64,000 nucleotides of DNA from an uncultured delta proteobacterium (lineage in GTDB: Bacteria > Desulfobacterota > Binatia > UBA9968). Shown one piece after another: positions 48,444 to 61,800 of the stretch; positions within the stretch are counted from its first letter, which is position 1, and each line of letters starts with the position of its first letter. The stretch spans positions 128,001 to 192,000 of the forward strand of contig CAVYTU010000015.1 in NCBI GenBank assembly GCA_963771465.1, in the 5' to 3' direction. The notes under the pieces are model-generated. The model did not search any database. It was given only the letters and a program-made list of their open reading frames with translations, and had not been told where the DNA came from. The translations under genes and the position numbers were made by a program.

Positions 48444-49560
48444 TCACCAAGTCTCCGCCCGTCCGCCTTGCACCCACCAATTAAGGCGCGGCTCGATCCG
48501 CATCTCGTAACCTTTACCATGACGCCTTGGCCAGGTCGTAACACTTTTTCGCCAGCGCGATATCGACGATGCCCTGGCCGCCCTGGTTTTTGTAGAGAAT
48601 AATCTGCTTGTCGTCCGTGCGCCCTTTGACCTTGCCGGCAAGCACATCGGAAATCTCCACGACTTTATCCCAAGCAATCACACCGCTCTGGACTGGCCAA
48701 TAAATATCGCCCTGCTGCGAATCTATCGCCTGGGCTTTAGAAAGCGCAACAATGAAATCGCATCTTTTCAACGTTTCATCATCGATCTCCCGGCGCGGCG
48801 CCGAAAGATTGCCGCTTTTGACCAACTCGATATTGCTGCCAATGACGGAAATGATGTATTGCCCCGCTTCCAACCATGAGCCATCGATGACGGGAACATT
48901 GGTGTTGGTCATGCAGAGAATAATGTCGACATCCTTCGCCGCCAGCTCTGGCTTGTCGACCGGTTTCACCGCAACTCCGGTCTTGGCGCTGATTTTTTTT
49001 GCAAAACCTTCCCGGTGCGTTGGCGTCGGACTGTAAACTTTTGCGCTTTCGATCTTGCGCATCTGGCACAAGCCGGCAAATGTCGCCCAAGCCTGCTGGC
49101 CGGAGCCATAAATCCCAACTCGCTCCGCGTCCTTGCGCGCAAATAGATCCAGCCCGGCCAAGCTCGTCGCCGGTGTGCGCAAATCGGCGACGCCGGTAAA
49201 ATCCCGCGGCCGATGCGCCATCACGCCGAGCAGGGAACCTGTATCAGAATCGTAAATCAGCGCCAGCTCGGTCTGATCGGGATTGAACGGCGGCCGCTTC
49301 TGCGTGTTCCCGTCGATCGCCTTTCGATGCAGCGCCACCTGCGCTCCGACCGCGCCATAGCTAGCCGAGCCGCCGGCGTAAATGTTCAGCACCGTGTCGA
49401 ACGTCCCTTCTGCGACGTCGCGATGAAGATTGAGCCGCTTACGCGGTGCGCAAACCCCATCGGGTGAAATCATATCGCGCAGCGCATTCTCGGTTATCGT
49501 CACCGCTTCTTTAATCGGAATTAGCTGATCGACATCGTCGGAGTGAAAAAAGAGCGCCAT
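48444..49560 (-). CDS. Ornithine cyclodeaminase/mu-crystallin family protein 3 (probable +1 frameshift near the C-terminus)
   Basis: LRTPATS, YGSGQQA, YKNQGGQG; ORF stops at 48514, but removing one base gives AKRHGKGYEMRIEPRLNWWVQGGRAETW to 48444. Confidence 0.82.
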
Positions 49561-49575
49561 GGAATCTCCGTGCTG

Positions 49576-50580
49576 TCACGCTGACAATTTCCCGAAGTCA
49601 TTCCGCCACAGCACGCTAATCTCGCTCATCTGTTGATCCGACAGCGACGCCATTTCTGAGCAAGCAACTGCCTCATCGACATGGGTTGTATTTGAGAAGC
49701 CGACAAGCACGGTGGAAACTTTTTGATTCATCAGTCCGAAACGAATCGCGGCTTGCGTGAGATCTTTGCCGTCGACGCCGAGTGCCGCTTTTACTTTTTC
49801 CGCGCGTTGAAGATCGAGCGGATAATCAGAACCCGGTGACAGTGTGTTGCCGCTGCTGCCGCCGCTAGCGCCGGGATTCGCCGTCAGCGCGCCCGATGCT
49901 AAGACACGAATGACGAAAGCGCCCATGCCTTTAGCCGCGGCGCGATCGAGAATCAATCCGTAGTCCTGGGCGCTAAAATTCTTCGGCACCGGCTGGCCGG
50001 CGCTTGGATTAAGTAAATTGTAGTAGCACTGAAAGCCGTGAAACTCGCCGCTATCGACTAACTCGTGCAGCGCGGCGGTTTCGCCCAGCCCGCTGAAGCC
50101 GAAAAAACCGGCCTTACCGCGCTCGCGCATGGCCTTGAGCCCGGCGATGACGCCGTCGGCGCCGAGCACATCTTGCGGCGTCAAGCTGAAGCGTTTGTCC
50201 ATGCCGCGCTCGCGCGTGACCCGGGTGTGGAGCTGGACGAAATCGACGCGCTCGCGGCCAAGGCGGTTGAGCCCCGCTTCGACTGCGCGGATCGTCGCGG
50301 CTTTAACATCGCCGACACAGTCAGCTTCGAGGCGAATCTTTGTCGAGATCACCGGATTGGCGCCGAGGTCTTTTAAGATGCGCCCCAGATTCTCTTCGGA
50401 TTTTCCCAACCCGTAGGCGTATGCGGTGTCGAAAAAGGTTATGCCCGAATCGAGCGCGCGCCTGACGACTTTAACTTGCTCGTCATAGGGTGCTTTGACC
50501 ATGAGCACGGCGTTATTACCGCAGCCAAAGCCAATCTCGGAGACTTTGAGGCCAGTATTTCCGATAGTGCGATATTGCAT
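49576..50580 (-). CDS. Aldo/keto reductase
   Basis: ATG after GGAGG; GLKVSEIGFG, FFDTAYAYG, STK, VDFVQLH, YYNLL. Confidence 0.93.
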   Translation of the reverse strand: MQYRTIGNTGLKVSEIGFGCGNNAVLMVKAPYDEQVKVVRRALDSGITFFDTAYAYGLGKSEENLGRILKDLGANPVISTKIRLEADCVGDVKAATIRAVEAGLNRLGRERVDFVQLHTRVTRERGMDKRFSLTPQDVLGADGVIAGLKAMRERGKAGFFGFSGLGETAALHELVDSGEFHGFQCYYNLLNPSAGQPVPKNFSAQDYGLILDRAAAKGMGAFVIRVLASGALTANPGASGGSSGNTLSPGSDYPLDLQRAEKVKAALGVDGKDLTQAAIRFGLMNQKVSTVLVGFSNTTHVDEAVACSEMASLSDQQMSEISVLWRNDFGKLSA

Positions 50581-50599
50581 GATTTTCCTCCAGTGATCG

Positions 50600-51292
50600 T
50601 TACAGATTCGCAAGCTCCGTCAGCACCGCATTGGTATCACTCAAATCCGCCAGGCAGCCGTCCGGCTGCCAATATAAAAGCTCTTCTACAGGATAACGCC
50701 CGGTGCCGACAAGCAGGCATTTCATGTGATTTCCCCGCGCAGCTTCCAAATCCTTCGGCGTGTCGCCGACAATCACGCATCGCTCCGGCTCGATTCCGCG
50801 CCGCGCCAATTGTTCGCAACGCCGTCTCGCGATCGCAGGCAAGTCCGGCCGGTTTTCGGAATCGCTCGCATAGGCGCCGCGAGACAGATAACTCAAAAGC
50901 CCGGCGGCTTCGAGTTTGATCTCAGCGGTGGCTTCAAAATTGCCGGTAACCACACTTGAAATAAATGCTTCGTTGACCGACAGCGCCTTTAGCAATTCCA
51001 CCGCGCCCGGCAAAGCACGCACGGTGGTTTCGCCCCGCCCCACATGTTGGCGATAACTCGCTCCCAAGTTCGCGGTAAACTGTTGCCAACGATCGGTGCC
51101 GATCTCGATCTCGACGTTCGCCTTGGTAAAAATGTCTTTGACAATCAGCGGATCGGTATTGCCGTCCGGCATCACGGTACGAATATCGCCGGCGATGCCA
51201 AACGTTTGCCAGATCGCTTCGTTGAACGGCAGATAACCGTTCTCGGTCCGCGTCAGAGTGCCGTCGATATCGAAAAGAATCAGCCGTTGCAT
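50600..51292 (-). CDS. HAD family hydrolase
   Basis: LFDIDGTL, VVTGN, IVGDTPKD. Confidence 0.92.
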   Translation of the reverse strand: MQRLILFDIDGTLTRTENGYLPFNEAIWQTFGIAGDIRTVMPDGNTDPLIVKDIFTKANVEIEIGTDRWQQFTANLGASYRQHVGRGETTVRALPGAVELLKALSVNEAFISSVVTGNFEATAEIKLEAAGLLSYLSRGAYASDSENRPDLPAIARRRCEQLARRGIEPERCVIVGDTPKDLEAARGNHMKCLLVGTGRYPVEELLYWQPDGCLADLSDTNAVLTELANL

Positions 51293-51379
51293 AAATCGCC
51301 GACCGAGATGCATCTCTGTCTCTAACCGATGCCCGCCACGTTGACAATCCTAACCGTTCAAGATAGAAGTTTTTCGTAA

Positions 51380-51453
51380 GTTTTGCGCGACTGGCGAACG
51401 TGGAATCGACCACGAGGAAGTGCAAAGCACTAAGACGGCCGAACGCCTGGGTC
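51380..51453 (+). ncRNA. ZMP/ZTP riboswitch (pfl motif)
   Basis: P1 GUUUUGCGC/GUGCAAAGC, J1/2 GACUGGCG, P2 CGUGG/CCACG, P3 GGCC-GAACGCCUG-GGUC; pseudoknot GGCG (51393-96) with CGCC (51444-47); TTGACA at 51341. Confidence 0.9.
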
Positions 51454-51481
51454 TCTTAACGATAGAGGTCCAGGCTTTTTT
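51445..51481 (+). terminator. Riboswitch expression-platform terminator
   Basis: 12-bp stem GCCUGGGUCUCU/AGAGGUCCAGGC plus U6, mutually exclusive with P3 and the pseudoknot. Confidence 0.9.
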
Positions 51482-51589
51482 GTGGACGATGCGCCGTAGA
51501 GCAATGCCGAACGCCGTGTGTTCCGCGTCTTTCCTGCCTCTTGTCGGATCTCAAATGGGTTTGCCAGTAGCCGAAGAGGAACCGTAGCC

Positions 51590-52732
51590 ATGATCAAGCA
51601 ATATCTGCTTTCCCCGGGCCCGACACCGATCCCCAACGAAGTCGCGCTGGCGATGTCGGAGACGATGATCCATCACCGCACGCCGCAATTTAACAAGATT
51701 TTCGACGAAGCGCGCGAAAGTTTAAAAAAACTGTTCGGCACCCAAAATGACGTCTTGATGTTGGCCTCCTCCGGCACCGGCGCCATGGAAGCGTCGGTCG
51801 CCAATCTGTTTTCCCCGGGCGATAAAGTGCTGGTGATCAACGGCGGCAAGTTTGGCGAACGCTGGCTGAATATATCCAATGCCTACGGCCTCAATCCCAT
51901 CGAAATGAAAGTTGAGTGGGGCCAGGCCGTCAAAGTCGCCGAAGTCGAAAAGCAGCTCAAAGCCAATCCCGATCTCCAGGGTGTGATGATCCAGGCGAGC
52001 GAGACTTCGACCACGGTGCTCCATCCCATCAAAGAAATCGCCAAGCTGACCCAAAACGGCCCGTTGTTTTTGGTCGACGGCGTAACCGCGGTCGGTGTCG
52101 TGTCGTTGCCGCTCGACGCATGGAGCATCGATGTGTTGGTCACCGGCTCGCAGAAAGCTTTGATGCTGCCGCCCGGCTTGGGCTTCATCGCGCTCAGCGA
52201 CCGCGCTTGGGAAAAAACCAAACAAGCTAAACTGCCGCGCTTTTATTTCGATCTGAATCTCGAACGCAAAAACCAGCAGAAAGGCTCAGGCGCATTCACG
52301 CCCGCGGTGTCGCTGATTTTCGGCGTGCGCGCGTCCTTGCAGATGATCGAGCGCGAAGGGTTGGCCAATGTCTACGCGCGCCACGATCGGCTGTGCCGCG
52401 CCACCCGCGCCGCCGCGACAGCGCTCGGGCTGAAATTGCTCGCGCCGGACAGTCCGAGTCCGGCGGCCACGGGAATTTATCTGCCTAACGGCATCGACGC
52501 TGACGCCGTGCTCGAATATCTGCGCGACAAGATGAACGTCACCCTCGCCGAAGGCCAGGATCAATTAAAAGGCAAAGCGATCCGTATCGCCCACATCGGC
52601 TATATGGGCGCCTTCGATGTCATTACGGCGATCGCGGCACTGGAAATGGCGCTAAGAAAATTCGGCGCCGAGATTCCCTTGGGCCGCGGCGTCGCCGCCG
52701 CCCAGGAAGTATTGATGGAGGCATTGCCCTGA
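51590..52732 (+). CDS. Class V PLP aminotransferase (serine-pyruvate type; probable SerC substitute)
   Basis: LLSPGPTP, SSGTGAME, ETST, VDGVT, GSQKALMLPPG; directly upstream of serA. Confidence 0.9.
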   Translation: MIKQYLLSPGPTPIPNEVALAMSETMIHHRTPQFNKIFDEARESLKKLFGTQNDVLMLASSGTGAMEASVANLFSPGDKVLVINGGKFGERWLNISNAYGLNPIEMKVEWGQAVKVAEVEKQLKANPDLQGVMIQASETSTTVLHPIKEIAKLTQNGPLFLVDGVTAVGVVSLPLDAWSIDVLVTGSQKALMLPPGLGFIALSDRAWEKTKQAKLPRFYFDLNLERKNQQKGSGAFTPAVSLIFGVRASLQMIEREGLANVYARHDRLCRATRAAATALGLKLLAPDSPSPAATGIYLPNGIDADAVLEYLRDKMNVTLAEGQDQLKGKAIRIAHIGYMGAFDVITAIAALEMALRKFGAEIPLGRGVAAAQEVLMEALP

Positions 52733-52737
52733 AAACC

Positions 52738-52805
52738 GAGGATGGAGGATCGAAGATAGAGGATAGCGAATCAACGCCATCATCCATCCTCGATCATCGA
52801 TTCTC
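52738..52805. repeat. Inverted array of tandem 7-mers
   Basis: GAGGATG GAGGATC GAAGATA GAGGATA ... CATCATC CATCCTC GATCATC GATTCTC. Confidence 0.75.
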
Positions 52806-52821
52806 GACCCAGAACCTACAC

Positions 52822-55801
<2,980 letters not shown>

Positions 55802-55958
55802 GTAAAACGGTAGGGGGTGCAGGGAAGAGACTTACCCTTCCCTACGTTTCATCCCCTCACGTCATCTCTTTTTAGTGGTAATTCAATATTGACCTTGAAT
55901 AGCCGCTGGCGCGTGCTTATCATGTTGGCAGTTGGAAGCTGAAATTACGGGAGGTATC

Positions 55959-56270
55959 ATGGACGGCGAAACTTTTAGCAGCAGGGACAAACTCGTTAGC
56001 GATTTCAAATCTCTCGTCGCTGACGCTGAAGAGCTACTCAGAGCCACCGCCAGCCAGGCAGGCGACAAGATCGGCGTGGCGCGCCAGAAGATCGAGCAGA
56101 GCTTGATCGAGGGCAAGAAGGCATTGGCCGACGCCGAGAAAAACTTGGTGCAAAAATCCAAAGAGGCGGCCGACGTTGCCGATGATTACGTGCGCGAGAA
56201 TCCCTGGAACGCAGTCGGTATCGCCGCCGGCGTCGGCTTGGTGATCGGCTTATTGATCCGCGGCAAATAA
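55959..56270 (+). CDS. ElaB/YqjD (DUF883) membrane-anchored protein
   Basis: ATG after GGAGG; DAEELLRATA, DDYVRENPW..VGIAAGVG. Confidence 0.92.
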   Translation: MDGETFSSRDKLVSDFKSLVADAEELLRATASQAGDKIGVARQKIEQSLIEGKKALADAEKNLVQKSKEAADVADDYVRENPWNAVGIAAGVGLVIGLLIRGK

Positions 56271-56280
56271 TCTCGCGCTC

Positions 56281-56691
56281 ATGGCCGATCGAGACCGCCG
56301 CCCGGACGAGGAAAGCTCACCCGGTTATGTGCATTCGTTCAAAGCCGCTATTGCGACTCTGAGCGCTGCATTGCGCACTCGCGCCGAGATTTTTGTCACC
56401 GAGCTCGAAGAAGAGCGCGAACGGCTGAAGCAAACGCTGGTTCTCACGCTCTTAGTCGTCTTTGGACTCAGTCTGGGGTTTATTCTTCTGACGATTTTTT
56501 TGGTCGCGCTATTTTGGGACAAAGGCTGGATCGGCGCGATTGGCGGCCTATCTCTCGTTTATCTCGGCGTCGGCGCCATCGCCGCGTTGAAGCTGCGCAA
56601 CGCAATTCTCAAACGGCCAGGACTATTCCCGACAAGCCTTGCCGAACTGGGCAAGGATCGCGATCGCCTCAAGGCTTGGTCCAATGACTAG
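56281..56691 (+). CDS. YqjE-like membrane protein
   Basis: TRAEIFVTELEEE, two TM helices, SLAELGKDR; follows the elaB/yqjD-like gene. Confidence 0.85.
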   Translation: MADRDRRPDEESSPGYVHSFKAAIATLSAALRTRAEIFVTELEEERERLKQTLVLTLLVVFGLSLGFILLTIFLVALFWDKGWIGAIGGLSLVYLGVGAIAALKLRNAILKRPGLFPTSLAELGKDRDRLKAWSND

Positions 56692-56983
56692 TCGCTTGGA
56701 AGAAATCGCCCGGCGCAAGCAAGTATTAGTCGACCAAGCCGCCCGCGAGCGCGCCGAACTGGCACGCATCTGCAGCCAATTAAGATCGCCCCCAGCTATA
56801 GGCTCAACATTCTTGGGAATCGGTAGAGCGTTAAAGTCCCATCCAATCATCGCCGCAGGCGTATCGAGTTTCCTAGTCAGCGGTTACGCCGGAAAACTCG
56901 TGAAATCCACTAGTGGACTACTCAAAGTCTGGCATCTCGCCGCGCCGCTGTGGAGTTGGTGGCGAAAAAAACGTAAGGGTTAG
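56684..56983 (+). CDS. YqjK-like protein
   Basis: RKQVLV...ERAELA, HP motif, Trp/Arg-rich end; third gene of a yqjDEK-like cluster. Confidence 0.7.
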   Translation: MTSRLEEIARRKQVLVDQAARERAELARICSQLRSPPAIGSTFLGIGRALKSHPIIAAGVSSFLVSGYAGKLVKSTSGLLKVWHLAAPLWSWWRKKRKG

Positions 56984-57038
56984 CAAACTGCCCTTGCGCA
57001 CTTTGACTTCTGATCTCTGACAGCTAATCTTCATTTGG

Positions 57039-58724
57039 CTATTCCGTCCTCGCCCTTTCGACTTTTCTCGGATCGACAGCGCCGTTCAACGTCGATCCGT
57101 CCCAAGTAATGGCCTGCACGACACCGAGAGCGTTTTGTTCACGAATCGCATGACCGCGCTGTTGGAGCGCCTTTTTCTGCTCCGCATCAATTTTAGTTTC
57201 CACCCCTAGCCGATCGGGGATCCACTGATGATGGATACGCGCGGCATCGACCGCTTGTTTCACCGGCATCTTGAAATCGAGCACGTTGAGAATCGTCTGC
57301 AGCGTCGCATTGATAATCCGCGGCCCGCCCGCCGCTCCGACGATCAGCTCGGGCGAATTGCCGTTGAGAATAATTGTCGGCGACATGCTGCTCAGCGGCC
57401 GCTTCTTCGGTTGCAGTGAATTGGCCTGATTGCCGATCAACCCATAGGTGTTGCCCGTCTCTGGATGGATGGCAAAATCATCCATCTCGTTATTGAGCAC
57501 GATACCGGTCTTTGCCGCCAGCAATTTTGAACCGAAGCGGGTGTTGACCGACTGCGTGCACGCCACGGCGTTGCCAAACCGGTCGATCACGCTGAAATGC
57601 GTCGTGCCGCCCTTTTCGGCATGGTAATCGTAGTAGCCATAAAAACTCGGCGGCTTGGTATTGTCAGGAGCGATCCGACCGCGAATCCACGCGGCGTATT
57701 CTTTCGCCGTGAGTTTTCGTATCGGCACGTGGACGAAATCGGGATCACCCAGATGCGCCGCCCGGTCGGCAAAGGCGTGCTTCATGGTCTCGCTGATCAA
57801 GTGCAAATAGGCGGCCGAGTTGTGTTTGAACTCGGCGAGCTTGTAGCCTTCCAATACATTAAGCATCTGGAGCAGCGCCACGCCGCCCGAACTTGGCGGC
57901 GGCATCGTGATCACCGTGCGATTTCTATAGGTCCCGACCAGCGGTTCACGCCAGATCGCCTTGTAGTTTTTGAGATCGTCGACGGTCATCACGCCGCCGT
58001 CTTTTTTGATCGCTTCGACGATCGCTTGACCGATCCAACCCTGATAGAAAACCGACTCACCCTGCTGAGCGATCGCCCTAATCGTTTCAGCCAGCTCCAT
58101 TTGGCGCAGAATCTCGCCTTGTTTCGGCACCTCGCCATTGGGCGTGTAGATTCGCCCCAAGTCGGGGAAACGCTTCATGTTCGCGAGACCTCGTTCAACG
58201 GCGATCCGTAGCGTCACGTCCACCGCGAAACCTTCAGCCGCGAGTCGGATCGCCGGCGCCGCCAGCACGGACAGCGGCAGCGTGCCGAACTTCTTGTGCG
58301 CTTCAATTAGCCCGGCAACTTCTCCCGGTACGCCGACCGCCAAGGTCCCGGTAAGGCTCAGCTCGGGCACCGCTTTGCCGTCCTTCAAGTATTGCTCGCG
58401 GCGCGACGCCGCGGGAGCGGTTTCGCGAAAATCCAAAGCGAAAGATTTCTTGTCTTTGGCCCGGTAAATCACCATAAAGCCACCGCCGCCAAGTCCTGAC
58501 GAAGCCTGATCGACGACGGAGAGCGCAAGCGCGGTGGCAATGGCGGCATCGACCGCATTGCCACCGCGCTTCAAAATCTCCATTCCCGCCTGACTGGCGT
58601 GCTCACTGTCGGCGACCACAAGGCCGGCGGTGGACGCCAGCGAACGGGGATGAGCATCGGCGGGAAGAAAACTTACGAGAAAATAGAATGAAAAAAGGAT
58701 GCCAAACTTGGTGAATGTTTGCAT
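57039..58724 (-). CDS. ggt: Gamma-glutamyltransferase
   Basis: GGNAVDAA, DFRETAP, PPPSSGG, TTHFSVID nucleophile, LNNEMDDF, RPLSSMSP. Confidence 0.96.
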   Translation of the reverse strand: MQTFTKFGILFSFYFLVSFLPADAHPRSLASTAGLVVADSEHASQAGMEILKRGGNAVDAAIATALALSVVDQASSGLGGGGFMVIYRAKDKKSFALDFRETAPAASRREQYLKDGKAVPELSLTGTLAVGVPGEVAGLIEAHKKFGTLPLSVLAAPAIRLAAEGFAVDVTLRIAVERGLANMKRFPDLGRIYTPNGEVPKQGEILRQMELAETIRAIAQQGESVFYQGWIGQAIVEAIKKDGGVMTVDDLKNYKAIWREPLVGTYRNRTVITMPPPSSGGVALLQMLNVLEGYKLAEFKHNSAAYLHLISETMKHAFADRAAHLGDPDFVHVPIRKLTAKEYAAWIRGRIAPDNTKPPSFYGYYDYHAEKGGTTHFSVIDRFGNAVACTQSVNTRFGSKLLAAKTGIVLNNEMDDFAIHPETGNTYGLIGNQANSLQPKKRPLSSMSPTIILNGNSPELIVGAAGGPRIINATLQTILNVLDFKMPVKQAVDAARIHHQWIPDRLGVETKIDAEQKKALQQRGHAIREQNALGVVQAITWDGSTLNGAVDPRKVERARTE

Positions 58725-58869
58725 GAGTTGGTTTTTGGTTTAAATCTTTGCCGGCGCATTTGCAATCTCAACGACGCGCTTGGTTCTCTCAACCGGTCCT
58801 TCCCTTGCCAATCCTCACACCCTATTTCATAGTAAGCCAGGCATTCCTCATCGGCGGCGAAAACCAATC

Positions 58870-61800
58870 ATGCGAACCATTCTCGGTCCATTTCATGACG
58901 ATCTCGAAAATGCATTAGTGGATGAAATCTGCCAATTCAAAGCCGGCGACCGGCTCACGCCGCTGCTGATTCTTACGCCCTCCGATCTCATGCGCCGCCG
59001 TTTGAAAATCCTCTTGAGCCGAGAGCGCGGCCTGTCGTTGCTGAATGTTCAACTGCTAACTTTCTACCAACTATCGCTGCGGCTCCAGGCCGAGTGTGCA
59101 AGCGCGCCCCTTGAACTTCACAACGACCTGTTTTTCGAAGAAGCGCTGCGGCAAATTATCCGCGCGCGCCAGCCGGGCGCTGAGCCCTTCGCCGGCATCG
59201 AAGATCGCGCCGGCGGCTGCGCCGCCCTGTGGCAGACACTGCGCGATTTGCGAGACGGCCTCGTCGATCCCACCGTCGCGCTCGAAGCTTTGGGCGAAGG
59301 GCACTTCAGCCAGCGCGCCAGTGAACGGACATCGCAGTTGTTGGTTCTGTTTCGAACCTTTCAAACCTTCTGCCGTAAAAAAAACCTGGCCGATCAAGCC
59401 AACTTGGACCGTTACGCCACCGAGCACGCAACCTCATCCCGGTTTCTCGCCCAGTTCAGCCAGGTTTTTTATTACGGTTTCTACGATCTGACCCAAATCC
59501 AAATTGATTTTTTTCACGCCGTGGCTGGCCACTACCCGACGACGCTGTTTTTCCCGCTGTTGGCCGCCAAGCCGGCGCATGAAGCATGGCGCTTCGCCGA
59601 AAACTTCTACGAGCGCTACGTCCAGGGCCACAGCACCGGGCCGCATACCGAAGCAGCAGAGAAATCTCCGCTACCAACCAGCGCGCGCCTGTTCGATGAC
59701 CAGAAAGATAGAATCTACGCTGAGCTGCCAAAACACTGGCAGTGTCAAATCACCCATACCTTCGGCATCCACGATGAAGTGGCCACGGCGGCGAAAGAAA
59801 TTTTGCGGCTGATCGATGAGCGTCAGTTGCAATTTCACCAGATCGGCGTCGTCGCGCGCGGTCTCGAATCCTACGGCAGCGTCGTCAAGGACATATTTCA
59901 CCAACATTGCATCCCGCTCGCCGGCAGCCTCGAAGAACCGCTCGTGCAGTCGCCCCTGACCAAAGCCGTGATCCTGCTCTTGAACTTACCGGCGAAAGAT
60001 TTTCTCCGCAGTCAGGTGATCGATCTCGTCTCCTCGCCGTATTTTAATTCGCAAACTAGCGCTACGGGCAATTCCCTACCACGCCCGGATCTTTGGGATC
60101 TCGCAACCCGTGAGCTCGCGATCTGTAAAGGCATCGCAGAATGGCGCCGGCTGAGAAATTACCACCACCGCGATTTGCTTCTTGCAGAAATCTCCGACGA
60201 CGACGAACCGCGCAAAATTCGCATCCCCGCGGCACAGTTGGTGGCATTAGCCGAAACCGTCGAGGCGCTGATCGCCGATCTTGTGGGGCTGCCGCCTCAA
60301 GCTTCGTGGCACGACTACGCATTGGCATGGAAGGAATTGCTGAGAAAGTATCTAGGTATCGCGTCAAGCGCCGGCATCGCGAGTTCTACCGAGACAGTGG
60401 ATTCAGCGACGATCCATGATGAGATTCTCGCCGTCTTAGATCAACTCGCCGCTCTCGACGCGATCCAAGAGCAAGTCGCGCTGGGAGATTTTAGCCACAC
60501 CTTTCAACACTGGCTCGAGCGTTCGACGGCCGGCGAGGACAGGCGTAACCGCGACGGCGTCACGCTGCTCAGCGCCACCGCAGCGCGTGGCCTGTCGTTT
60601 CGCGCGCTGTTTTTACTGGGAATGAATGAAGGTGTCTTTCCCCGTACGATCCGCGAAGACGCCTTCCTGCGCGACCCTGATCGAGAAGTTTTGGAGCGCG
60701 ACTTGGGTTACAAGGTCAACCCGAAACTCACCGCGTTCGATGAAGAAAAACTGCTTTTCACGCTGCTGGTCGGCGCCGCGGGCGAACGCCTCTACTGCTC
60801 GTTTCAAAGAGCTGACGACGGTGGCAGAGCATTGGCGCCGTCTTGGTATGTCGACGAGCTTAAACGCGCTCTCGAAAGCGCCGGTCACAAAGTTGCGACG
60901 GTAACGATTCCGCGCAGCATCACTGAAAAAGCCGCCACGGCGCCCTTCCACCGCCCGGAGTTTTTATTGCCGGCAGAACTCGCGATTCGGCTGACGCTCG
61001 AAGGCCAAGACCCCACGTCGCTCATCGATGCCACAGCGCCACTGCCGGCGCTTTACCAACAAGGGCGAACAATCGTCAGCGCGCTCGACCAAGCGAGTGA
61101 GCGTTTGCTGGCCTACGACGGCATGCTCGGAGACATTGACAACTACTGGACACGTTTCTCCGCGCGCGGTCTGTCGCCCACGGCGCTGGAAACCTACGCG
61201 CGCTGCCCATTTCAATTTTTCGCGCGCCACGTGCTGGGCTTGGAGCCGCTCGATCGCCCCGAAGAAATCCTCGGTCCAAGTCCCGCCGAGTTCGGCGAGC
61301 TCGGCCATGAAATTTTGAACCGGTTTTACCGCACGCTGATTGACAGCGGCTACTTTAACGGCAGAGCGAGCGCAACCAACGTAGAGACGATTCTGCTCGA
61401 CGTCGCCGCCCACGCTTTCGCCGACTACCAAGGGAAAAATCCGGTGGGCTATCCGCTGGCATGGGAGAGCTTGAAGGACGGTCTGACTCAACTGCTCTGC
61501 CAAGTGGTCGCAAAAGATCTTGCCGAGCTTTCAATATCAGGCTTTGTCCCGGTGAGTTTGGAAACCGGCGTCACCGGTCGATTGCCCCATGACTGGCCCG
61601 AGCCACTAAACAACCTGGCCATCCGCGGCCGCATGGACCGGATCGATCGTAATGACAACGGGCTTCGGGTAATCGATTATAAATTCAAATTTGGCGCCAG
61701 CCCGGCGACGGCGGATAGAAATCTCATTCGCGCCGCGTTGCGCGGCGAACGTTTGCAGCCGCCATTTTATTATTTGCTGGCCCAACATTGGTCCACCGAG

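Noticed and set aside
56281-56691. Phage holin implying a prophage
   Set aside because: Sits in a yqjD-yqjE-yqjK-like chromosomal cluster with no phage genes nearby
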